Positions 19,281 through 27,744 of a DNA stretch of 63,582 nucleotides are shown here, piece by piece (within the stretch, counting starts at the first letter, position 1; each line of letters begins with the position of its first letter). Origin of the DNA: Puniceicoccales bacterium (lineage in GTDB: Bacteria; Verrucomicrobiota; Verrucomicrobiia; Opitutales; JAIRKQ01); contig JAIRON010000015.1 of assembly GCA_031257495.1 (NCBI GenBank), positions 1 through 63,582 of the forward strand, read 5' to 3'. The position numbers and the translations under genes are program-made. The notes beneath the pieces were generated by a model, which saw only the letters and a program-made list of their open reading frames with translations, was not told where the DNA came from and did no database searches.

Positions 19281-21005
19281 CTAAACTTTGATAACCTGCT
19301 TCGTAAAGGCCTGAACTTTGTCTAGGGTATTTTTTAAACCAAACGGAGCTAAAATATCATTATCCATGGCCACACCGGATATGAGCAGCGCCCCGCCGGG
19401 CTTTAATATGCGAAATAGTTCCTTCAAAATATATTTTACTTCCATCTCAGACTCATCGCCATTTTGCCAAATTACCACATCGCAGGAATCATCTGCCATG
19501 GAAATATTGTAAAGGCAACCATATTCCAGCTTAAGCCCGAGATCCTTCGCCTTTGAAAATGAATCAAACTTACAATCGAGGCGAAACATGGTGATGTCGT
19601 CGAAATTTTCCCGCAACTCGCAAGCCAAGTCCCAGCCATTTTTGTTAAACACATCGGCGACAATGGTACTTTTATTCCCAAAACGTCCTTTTATAAAATC
19701 AGCAATTGCTTCTTCCCAAATATTGCAATCGATGGTCTCGTAGGAGTATTCCTTTAGACTGTCGATTATTTTATGGGCAGCCTCCATAACCATCTCCGGC
19801 GTGATGGAAGCCATGCAAGGTGCCTCCTCAAATCCACGCAGACATTTCTTATCCCAATCGTCGGTCACCCACTCGCACCAGCTATTACACCCAAGGCCAG
19901 TGATATTGATGTTTTCCGGATAACCGAATAAATTGGCAGAAGTTGTTCCAAAAAGAACAATGGAACGGCCATTTAAAAATCTTTTCATGTGAACCATACC
20001 ACAATCTCCATCTAAATGAAAAAGGGAATGCTTTAATATTGCTGCAACCTCGTCTAAAGTTGTTTCTCCAATCAAGTTTAGGTCAACTCCAGGAATGGAT
20101 GCGCATAGATTTTTGGAAGAGCCCAGCTGAATTATTTTTATGCCAGGATAAGCCTCATGAAATAATTGCACAAATTTTGCATAGTGCCTTGGTAACCAAA
20201 TTTTTGTACTATGAAATGTCCCCCAATATTGATGAATCCCTGTCTGCAGAGTTATATATCTGCTATTGGTCAAGTTTAAACTTTCTAGTACATCTAGGGC
20301 GTTTGAATCTATGGCTAAAAACGTAGAAGTACTATAATCTATCCCAAGCAATTTACACTGATCTGATTGCTGAACCCTAGTCACACCATTCACAATCGAC
20401 CACTGTTCCAAATATATGTGATTTCGAGGTACGTTTTCAAAAAAAATGTGATATTTAATGCAAAATTCTTTACTCTGGGCATAAAACTCAGCCAACCAAG
20501 GAGATTTACGCTTCATACGGTCATTACAATAAAGAGGGATAGTGCACCTATCCATTCTAAGAAGCACATCGCAGTGTAACTCATCAGAATATGCCTCATA
20601 AGACTCGACATTTTGTGAAAAAGAAATAAATGGAAACTCTCTAAAAATCGGCCTAAGATCTGATACTTGCTTAGGATTCATGACTGACATGTTAATGGTA
20701 TGGTCGCAGCCTATATGTTTGGATAATTCTTTTACTGCTAAACCAAACATTAAAATATCTCCCGCACCTCCACTCACCGAAATGGCTATTCTAAGTCGAT
20801 CATCTTGGCTATGTGTTTTTTTAAGTTTTTTGATTTTGTGCGAAATTTGCTTAAATAATGTTTTGAAAAACTCGCGAAATGACCAAAAGCCCAATCTAAC
20901 TAAAATTTTTACTTCATTTTCCCCATATTTTTTCTTCAAAGTAAATATCCGTCTATCCAATTCTCTAAAAAAATTAAGCCTTTTCATTTTAATGCACCAT
21001 TGCAT
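19281..21005 (-). CDS. glycosyltransferase family 9 (heptosyltransferase-like) fused to a C-terminal class-I methyltransferase-like domain
   Basis: The N-terminal two thirds carry RIAISVSGGAGDILM and LIGETTLDEVAAILKHSLFHLDGDCGMVHM, like GT9 (GGIGD ... DSGxxH). The C-terminus carries DVVIW and LKELFRILKPGGALLISG (Methyltransf_11-like). The start may be the ATG at 20987. Confidence 0.65.
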   Translation of the reverse strand: MQWCIKMKRLNFFRELDRRIFTLKKKYGENEVKILVRLGFWSFREFFKTLFKQISHKIKKLKKTHSQDDRLRIAISVSGGAGDILMFGLAVKELSKHIGCDHTINMSVMNPKQVSDLRPIFREFPFISFSQNVESYEAYSDELHCDVLLRMDRCTIPLYCNDRMKRKSPWLAEFYAQSKEFCIKYHIFFENVPRNHIYLEQWSIVNGVTRVQQSDQCKLLGIDYSTSTFLAIDSNALDVLESLNLTNSRYITLQTGIHQYWGTFHSTKIWLPRHYAKFVQLFHEAYPGIKIIQLGSSKNLCASIPGVDLNLIGETTLDEVAAILKHSLFHLDGDCGMVHMKRFLNGRSIVLFGTTSANLFGYPENINITGLGCNSWCEWVTDDWDKKCLRGFEEAPCMASITPEMVMEAAHKIIDSLKEYSYETIDCNIWEEAIADFIKGRFGNKSTIVADVFNKNGWDLACELRENFDDITMFRLDCKFDSFSKAKDLGLKLEYGCLYNISMADDSCDVVIWQNGDESEMEVKYILKELFRILKPGGALLISGVAMDNDILAPFGLKNTLDKVQAFTKQVIKV

Positions 21006-21089
21006 CCAATAATTTGCGCAGTAAATGCAATAAAATTTTTTAAAACCTTATTGACATAAAGCTGCTCACAAGTAACTTTCCCAGGCAGC

Positions 21090-21164
21090 GGGTCGGTAGC
21101 TCAATGGTAGAGCAGTGGCCTTTTAAGCCATTGGTTCAGGGTTCGAGTCCCTGTCGGCCTACCA
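21090..21164 (+). tRNA. tRNA-Lys (anticodon TTT), CCA encoded
   Basis: gggtcggtagctcaatggtagagcagtggccttttaagccattggttcagggttcgagtccctgtcggcctacca. The loop is ct-TTT-aa. The acceptor stem has three G:U wobbles including G1:U72. Confidence 0.85.
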
Positions 21165-22473
21165 CGGTATCGCAATGCACGCTTATGACCTTTCGGCGAA
21201 GATAAAAAATCGCAAATAAATTGGATAAGAGTAATCCATTTATGCATATGTCGGCTATGGTCCAAGGCAAAGAAGTGTGCATAAAGGCTCCAACTGAGAT
21301 CATGGTAATAAATAGTGCGCGATAGTAGTAGCGCCATTGATGCCTTCGCAGGAAAAAGAACGTGTGTTCGGCAAACCAAGCCCATCCCAAGATAGTTGTT
21401 AGGGCAAAGCAGTAGATAATCACAGGAATGAGCCAACCGGCATAGGGCGTCCTAAACGCAATGGTAAATGTGTCGATGCAAATTTGACTAGCGCTTTGGC
21501 TTAGGTTTGGGTTGGCACACAGTATAAGTACACCGGTTATGCTGCAGAGGATGGCAACCAAGATTGGCGCAAGCAAGGCGATGATTCCCTGTTCCCGTGC
21601 GTGCTGAGGAAGTGGTAAATCATTGCTTTCCACGTTTCCATGGGCAATGGCAGCAAGACCTAGCCCAATATCGGTGGCAAAAAGCCCTCGGGAAATTCCA
21701 GCTTGCAGCGTTTGTGCAAGGAATATGCCAGCTGATCCTCCCCCGATGGAGCAGGGAGAAAAGGCGCCGCAAAAAATCTGCCAAATAATGGAACATATCC
21801 GGTGGCGCAGCATGATAACGCCAACAATGCAAGCCACAATGTACACAATGCCTATGAGGGGAATGGTGCAGGACATGAACGCGGCAAATCGTCGAAGTCC
21901 TCCGGAAAAAATGATTGTAACGGGAATTATAAATGCCAAAACACAGGCAATTTTAACGAAATTTCCACAGGATGGAAACGATGAAGTAAAGGCATGCACC
22001 TGTACCAAATTTCCCACGGAAAGGGACGCCCCAATTATTAGCACACAATAGCAAATGCTCAATGGGCGGGAACCAACTCCTCTGAGCATATAAAACATGG
22101 GGCCGCCAATGCAGCGCCCATGGTGCTGTTTTTCCTGATAAAGCACACCCAACGTCGCACTGACCAATTTGATGACACTTCCCAAGATTGCCACGATGAC
22201 CATCCAAAAAATGGAACCAGGACCGCCAATAGCAATGGCTAACGCCGTCCCCGCAATCGTTCCTGCTCCCAAGTTACCGCCCACAATAGTCGCAACAGCG
22301 GCAAAGTTGCTCATCTTGTTATTTTTTTCTTTGTCGATTAACGTTCGCCGCAGTCCTTCGCCAAAACAGCGCAATTGTGGCCAACGTAAACGCAGAGAAA
22401 AGTAAAGAGAAACTCCCAATAGTGCCGGCAAAACTAAAAAAATAACTAAGTAACGCAAAAATACAACTAACAT
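21136..22473 (-). CDS. alanine/glycine:cation (sodium) symporter, AGCS family
   Basis: 445 aa, about 11 TM helices, with N-terminal FAAVATIVGGNLGAGTIAGTALAIAIGGPGSIFWM typical of AgcS. The last 29 nt overlap the 3' end of tRNA-Lys(TTT). Confidence 0.88.
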   Translation of the reverse strand: MLVVFLRYLVIFLVLPALLGVSLYFSLRLRWPQLRCFGEGLRRTLIDKEKNNKMSNFAAVATIVGGNLGAGTIAGTALAIAIGGPGSIFWMVIVAILGSVIKLVSATLGVLYQEKQHHGRCIGGPMFYMLRGVGSRPLSICYCVLIIGASLSVGNLVQVHAFTSSFPSCGNFVKIACVLAFIIPVTIIFSGGLRRFAAFMSCTIPLIGIVYIVACIVGVIMLRHRICSIIWQIFCGAFSPCSIGGGSAGIFLAQTLQAGISRGLFATDIGLGLAAIAHGNVESNDLPLPQHAREQGIIALLAPILVAILCSITGVLILCANPNLSQSASQICIDTFTIAFRTPYAGWLIPVIIYCFALTTILGWAWFAEHTFFFLRRHQWRYYYRALFITMISVGAFMHTSLPWTIADICINGLLLSNLFAIFYLRRKVISVHCDTVVGRQGLEP

Positions 22474-22526
22474 ATACCCCCCTTCAGGCCAAAAATGTGT
22501 AAGTCTCTAAAAAAAAATACAAATAG

Positions 22527-22598
<72 letters not shown>

Positions 22599-23198
22599 TT
22601 TTGTGGCATGAATACCAATGAAGCAAGAAAATTTTGTCAAGTTTATTACTTAACCAAATTGAAGATTGGTTTTCAAATTTGCAGTTCTTTATTTCAGCAA
22701 AGGAACTTTTCCCCATGTTTGGATTTATAGACAGAAAATAGTGTGCAAAGTTATTACTGCAAATCAGAATGGCGTACTTAATTGTGATAGGCTCTAGATT
22801 CTTTCTAAAAAAGAAACAGGATAGAAGATGATGAAATACAATGAATTAAGCAAATATAAAATAAAAATAACTGCGTGTCTTTTACCACGAGAACGAATTA
22901 GCCGGAAGTAAATCCCACGCAGGTGGCATTGTATGTTTTTGGAGTTTTCCCAAAAAACGCAAGGTAAAGTTTAATAGACAAGATTCTCTTACATCTTAAA
23001 AAATGTAAATGCAGATTTAATTTTGGAGGCAAAAATTTTGCCACTTTTCCTGGACATATTTGCTTTGATAAAAAGATGCTAGTTTAAATTTTTGCACCTT
23101 TATCGAGGTAAAGGCATAAAGGTTGACCATTGTAAAATTTTTTCATTGTTAACCATTGACTCAGGGTGGGGGAAAGATTATAATAACAACAAGTACGA

Positions 23199-24521
23199 AT
23201 GTATATGAAAGAAATAATCATAGTGATCAGCACGGCCTTTCAGGATGCGGGCGACGCTACCAGGGCCGTCGAAATAGCCAAGGCGCTGAAAAAATACCGG
23301 ACGGACGATATGATGCCCCGGATAATATTCATATCTCACGGAAGCAGATTCGAACAGATGGTTCTGAATCTTGGATTCGAGATATATCTCGCCGAACCGA
23401 AATTGCCAGGCATCGGCCTGTACCAGGACCTGGGCATGACGACGACCAATCTTGTCGGCACCGAAGAATTGGCCAGGAAAATGATTCGGGGTGAAATCGC
23501 GGCCTATGGCGAGATAAAGCCGGACATTGTCATGCACGGCTTCTGGCCGATAGCAGGTTTGGCCAGAAGAATGATAAAAAAAGAGATTCCGGGGATTTGC
23601 TTCGTTCCGTTGCCCTTGGTTCCCGATTTTTTCAAAGTCCTTCCGGACGTGCCAGAACAATTAAAGATATTCTCGATATTTCCAAAGCCTCTGCGCATGT
23701 GGCTGTTTCGCCATATTCCTGATTTCATAAGAAATAGGGTGCCAATATTGAGGCAAAATAACATCAGGCGAGCCGCCTATGATTTGGGATGGAGGGGCGA
23801 AAAATTAGTCAATGTATTTGACATGCTAAAGGCCGACCTAATGGTCGTGAACGACTTGACGTGCTATTATGACGCAAATAAATCCCATTTCCCCCCAAAC
23901 GTGAAATTCACGGGACCGTTGTTTTCCGTTCCCGATGACAAGGCGCCGATAGATCCGGAAATAATGAAAGTCTTTGACCCGAAATCTGGCAGGCCCAGGA
24001 TTTTCTGCACATTGAGCAGCTCCGGCTCCGAAGAGATGCTTAAAGAGGTCGTAAAAATTTTTACATGCGGTCCGGGGTTGGATTGGAACGCTGTGATACT
24101 TTCGCCTCACTTTCCTGTCGAAAAAGCAAGAGAACTTTTGGATGGGCGCGAAGGCGTTTATATCACCAACAAGTTCGTTCCCGCATTGAAGATAAACGCG
24201 CTGGCCGACGTCACGATAAGCCACGGTGGTCAGGGCACTTTACAGACAGCCCTCTATTCCGGCACCCCGATCGTTGGCATCGCCGCCCAGCAGGAGCAAT
24301 TCATCAACCTGTCGAATATAGAATCGCGCGGCGCCGGCATACGCATCCCGAGCAACAGGTGGAATGCGAAAAACATCCAAAGATCGGTTCTAAGGATTTT
24401 GTCCAACGCGCGCTACAAGGAATCGGCGATGGCGCTTAGGGAATGCATCAGATCTTCGAACGGTGCGAAAAATGCGGCTGTCGCAATTTGGGAAACTATA
24501 GGGCGAAAACAGTTTAAATGA
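23199..24521 (+). CDS. GT1-family UDP-glycosyltransferase (MGT/UGT-like)
   Basis: C-terminal nucleotide-sugar motif HGGQGTLQTALYSGTPIVGIAAQQEQFINLSNIESRGAGI. About 440 aa with a two-Rossmann GT-B layout. Composition is visibly GC-richer than the neighbouring genes. Confidence 0.8.
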   Translation: MYMKEIIIVISTAFQDAGDATRAVEIAKALKKYRTDDMMPRIIFISHGSRFEQMVLNLGFEIYLAEPKLPGIGLYQDLGMTTTNLVGTEELARKMIRGEIAAYGEIKPDIVMHGFWPIAGLARRMIKKEIPGICFVPLPLVPDFFKVLPDVPEQLKIFSIFPKPLRMWLFRHIPDFIRNRVPILRQNNIRRAAYDLGWRGEKLVNVFDMLKADLMVVNDLTCYYDANKSHFPPNVKFTGPLFSVPDDKAPIDPEIMKVFDPKSGRPRIFCTLSSSGSEEMLKEVVKIFTCGPGLDWNAVILSPHFPVEKARELLDGREGVYITNKFVPALKINALADVTISHGGQGTLQTALYSGTPIVGIAAQQEQFINLSNIESRGAGIRIPSNRWNAKNIQRSVLRILSNARYKESAMALRECIRSSNGAKNAAVAIWETIGRKQFK

Positions 24522-24643
24522 TACGTCATTATGGAAGGCTCTAGACTATCATCTGAGAAAGAAGAGAATGGGATGGAAAGCTTATGACGTTTTGTTCTCT
24601 AGATCCAAAAATAAAAACTACAGTTTAACTACGGAAATCATTA

Positions 24644-25942
24644 ATGAGTTGCATCCCAAGAAAATTTTCTAAAAAAAGAAGCATGGATAAGGATCTTCAA
24701 AAAGAAGGGCATAGTCTTGCGGCATGGTTTGTGTGGATGGCTGCTGTGGTATTTTATTTGTATGAGTACCTGGCCCGGGTTGCGCCGAGCGTAATGGAAC
24801 AGGACTTGGAAATAGCATTTCATACTTCGTCAGTGGTTCTGGGTTCTGCCCTTGGTGCTTACTATATCGTCTACTCGCCTGTTCAGCTGCTTGCCGGAGT
24901 GTTGTTTGACCGATTCGGGGGCAAAAAAGTTTTAATTCCGGCATCGCTGTTTGTTGTCCTGGGGTGCTTGCTTGTTTCTTTACCATCGACAAACTTGGGT
25001 ATACTAGCCATGGGACGCGTATTAATGGGATTTGGGTCCGGATTTGGGTTCATTGGAGTTATGTACCTTGCCGCCGTTTGGTTTAATCCAAAAAAACTGG
25101 AACTTATATCCGGATTGACCACTTCCATAGGTATTTGCGGTGCATTAATTGGTCAAGCTCCACTGGCGCGACTTACCGACGCCGTAGGCTGGCAAGCATC
25201 CTGGGCGTACATCGCGTTTGCTGGCATATTGTGTACTTTGATGCTGATATTTTTTGTCCGCGAAACCTCCCAAAGTGGCAGAGAAAATCGAAACGAAGAT
25301 TTCAGCATTAAAAACTTTTTGCACGGCTTGTGGTGCGTGTGTAAAAATAGACAAACTTGGATCATAGGATTTGTTGCCTGCACACTCTACACGCCCTTGG
25401 TGGTTTTTGGCGACCTATGGGGAGTGCAGTATGTTCATTTGATCGCGGGCATTACGAGAGCTAAGGCCTCCTGTGTCGTTGGAATGTTGTACATAGGGTG
25501 GCTTATCGGTGGCCCGCTGGCCGGATACGTCGCAACTTTGATCGGAGGGCGACGTAGATTATTGATAGTTAGCTGCCTAGCAACAAGCCTAATTTTGGGG
25601 ATAATTTTCCTTTTGCCCGTAAAATCCCCCCTTGCACTGGGCATTTTGCTGTTCATTTGCGGCATAAAATCCAGCCCGGAGGTGCTCTGCTTTGTGGCAG
25701 GCCTGGAAGCGAACCCGCCCTTTGCTAAGGGTAGCGCAATTGCAACTGTGAACATGATTGTCATGTTACTCGGTGGCTTGTTTCAACCAATTGTGGGCAA
25801 GCTCATGCATTCAAGCAATGCTTCCTACGATGTGGATTCGTTTCGTTTCGCCCTGACATCTCTGCCATTGCTAGCTTTGCTTGGATTTTTCGCAGCTTTC
25901 TTCATCTCGAAAAAAGTCTACAAAGAACGGGCAAATAGTTGA
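24644..25942 (+). CDS. MFS transporter
   Basis: 12 predicted TM helices, with the MFS motif A-like GVLFDRFGGKKVL between TM2 and TM3. Confidence 0.85.
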   Translation: MSCIPRKFSKKRSMDKDLQKEGHSLAAWFVWMAAVVFYLYEYLARVAPSVMEQDLEIAFHTSSVVLGSALGAYYIVYSPVQLLAGVLFDRFGGKKVLIPASLFVVLGCLLVSLPSTNLGILAMGRVLMGFGSGFGFIGVMYLAAVWFNPKKLELISGLTTSIGICGALIGQAPLARLTDAVGWQASWAYIAFAGILCTLMLIFFVRETSQSGRENRNEDFSIKNFLHGLWCVCKNRQTWIIGFVACTLYTPLVVFGDLWGVQYVHLIAGITRAKASCVVGMLYIGWLIGGPLAGYVATLIGGRRRLLIVSCLATSLILGIIFLLPVKSPLALGILLFICGIKSSPEVLCFVAGLEANPPFAKGSAIATVNMIVMLLGGLFQPIVGKLMHSSNASYDVDSFRFALTSLPLLALLGFFAAFFISKKVYKERANS

Positions 25943-25944
25943 AG

Positions 25945-26589
25945 CTAGAGGTCTTCCACATACTTTGAAATGATACAAATAACGCTCTCTAGGTCATAGA
26001 GGCCTGTGTCTATGCGAATGACACCATCCTGGCAAATGGTAACATAGGCATCCGCTGAATCACGCTTTGCAATGGGATCCATTTTTATACCGCAGTTCCG
26101 TCGCCGCTCCCTTTTATCTGCGTCTGCATGGAGAAAAAACCTTAAATCTGCATCTGGAAACACCACACTTGTCATGTCACGTCCCTCTATGGCTAGTCCC
26201 CAAAACCCATGTTTGCGTGAAACCTCGGATTGGCTGCGCTGATAGTTAAACAAAAATTTTCGCACGGAAGGAATATGGGCAAACTGTGAAACTCGTTCGT
26301 TTATTTCCGCTGATCGCAAGAGATTGTCATCTATTTTGGCACCTGAAATCGTAATGGTACAGTGATTTCCTATAATAGCGTTTCCTATTTCGATGTTTTT
26401 AAGGGAATTGGCAACAGCTCCTTCGTCGTTGGGGTTTACATCCATACTCAGTAATTGGTAGGTAATGGCACGGTAGTGTTCTCCCGTACTTACGCGCATT
26501 AGCCCATATTTATCGGCCAACATTTTCGTAGTTGTAGTTTTGCCGGACGCAGCGGCACCGTCAATTGCAATTATGGGGAATGCCTTCAC
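25945..26589 (-). CDS. cmk: cytidylate kinase
   Basis: IIAIDGAAASGKTTTTKMLA P-loop, STGEHYRA, EGRDMTSVVFPDADLRFFL. Confidence 0.9.
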   Translation of the reverse strand: MKAFPIIAIDGAAASGKTTTTKMLADKYGLMRVSTGEHYRAITYQLLSMDVNPNDEGAVANSLKNIEIGNAIIGNHCTITISGAKIDDNLLRSAEINERVSQFAHIPSVRKFLFNYQRSQSEVSRKHGFWGLAIEGRDMTSVVFPDADLRFFLHADADKRERRRNCGIKMDPIAKRDSADAYVTICQDGVIRIDTGLYDLESVICIISKYVEDL

Positions 26590-26591
26590 GG

Positions 26592-27734
26592 TTAAACCCC
26601 CTTTAACATACCTAAAAATTCAGCATTGGTACGCGTTTGTTTCATGCGCTGCAGGATGCTTTCCGTTGCCTCTTCGCTGCGCATATTGCCAAATGCCCGC
26701 CTTAGAAAGGAAACACTGCGTAAAATTTCCGGCGAGAGTATGTTTTCTTCTCTCCGTACGCCAGACTCCTTGAGGTCGATTGCCGGCCAAACACGCTGTT
26801 CCGCCAGTTTTCTGTTGAAAACAATTTCGGCATTACCAGTCCCCTTAAATTCCTGAAAAATTAAATCATCCATCCTGCTTCCAGTTTCGACAAGAGCGGA
26901 AGCAAGTATGGTTAAGCTACCACGACCGGCAAAATCGCGAGCCAGAGAAAATAACTGCCTCGGCTTCTCAAGAGCCCGGGAATCCACTCCACCGCTCATC
27001 GTACGCCCACTACTGCTGAAACTATTGTATGCACGCGCAAGACGGGTGATGCTGTCCAGTAAAACGACAACATCATGGCCAAGTTCGACGAGGTTTTTTG
27101 CCCGCTCACAGGCAAGTTCTGCGATGCGGATGTGATTGCGCATAGGTTGATCATTGGGAGATGCAAAAATTTCTACGTCGACGGAACGCCTAAAATCCGT
27201 CACTTCCTCCGGTCTCTCGTCTATGAGGGCAACGATGATTTTAATATTCGGGTAGTTTACAGAAATTCCTCGGGCAATTTCATGCAGCAGCAGCGTTTTT
27301 CCCGTCCTTGGAGGGGCAACAACCAGGCCACGCTGACCCTTGGCAAGAGGGCAAAACAGATCCAAAACTCGTGAACTGATCGTACAATTGCTATTTTCGA
27401 GGTATAACTGCTCCCGGGGCATGGTCGATTCCATTGAAAAAAACTTCGGCCGGGCAAGTACCCGTTCAACGGGAAGACCATCGATATGGTCAATGGAAAT
27501 TACTTTTCCGTTTGGAAAATTCGACCGCGGCATGACATGTGCGTCGATCCACTGCCCACGCCGCAATTCAAACTTTTTCAATAAGTCATGGCCAACGTAG
27601 GGATCGCTGCCGTTGACATAACCGCCCAGTTTTAAGTCAATGAGCTGGCCAAACTTGCCGTTTTCCATGATCTCAAGGATGCCGGAGTGCGGCACGAGCT
27701 CACCGCTAAACGTTTTATTTTTTACATCGTTCAT
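26592..27734 (-). CDS. rho: transcription termination factor Rho (short form lacking the N-terminal helical domain)
   Basis: GQRGLVVAPPRTGKT Walker A, ALIDERPEEVT, VVVLLDSITRLARAYN, and an OB/CSD-like region GILEIMENGKFGQL at the very N-terminus. Confidence 0.95.
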   Translation of the reverse strand: MNDVKNKTFSGELVPHSGILEIMENGKFGQLIDLKLGGYVNGSDPYVGHDLLKKFELRRGQWIDAHVMPRSNFPNGKVISIDHIDGLPVERVLARPKFFSMESTMPREQLYLENSNCTISSRVLDLFCPLAKGQRGLVVAPPRTGKTLLLHEIARGISVNYPNIKIIVALIDERPEEVTDFRRSVDVEIFASPNDQPMRNHIRIAELACERAKNLVELGHDVVVLLDSITRLARAYNSFSSSGRTMSGGVDSRALEKPRQLFSLARDFAGRGSLTILASALVETGSRMDDLIFQEFKGTGNAEIVFNRKLAEQRVWPAIDLKESGVRREENILSPEILRSVSFLRRAFGNMRSEEATESILQRMKQTRTNAEFLGMLKGV

Positions 27735-27744
27735 CTAAAAATTT

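Noticed and set aside
21136-21164. 29-nt overlap between the 3' end of the AgcS CDS and the 3' end of tRNA-Lys(TTT) on opposite strands
   Set aside because: It is most simply a chance run-on of the reading frame to the first stop inside the tRNA gene. The last approximately 10 residues (…TVVGRQGLEP) are not part of the conserved transporter core. I do not treat it as regulatory.
21597-22405. Cluster of 60-142-aa ORFs in other frames within the AgcS symporter gene
   Set aside because: They are shadows of a long membrane-protein gene. None has a motif, and the AgcS frame is unambiguous.
23178-24439. Long antisense or alternate-frame ORFs inside the GT1 gene (160, 128 and 124 aa)
   Set aside because: They are explained by the higher G+C of this gene, which lowers stop-codon frequency. 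Their products are Arg/Gly/Pro-rich and motif-free, whereas the + frame has a clear GT1 signature.
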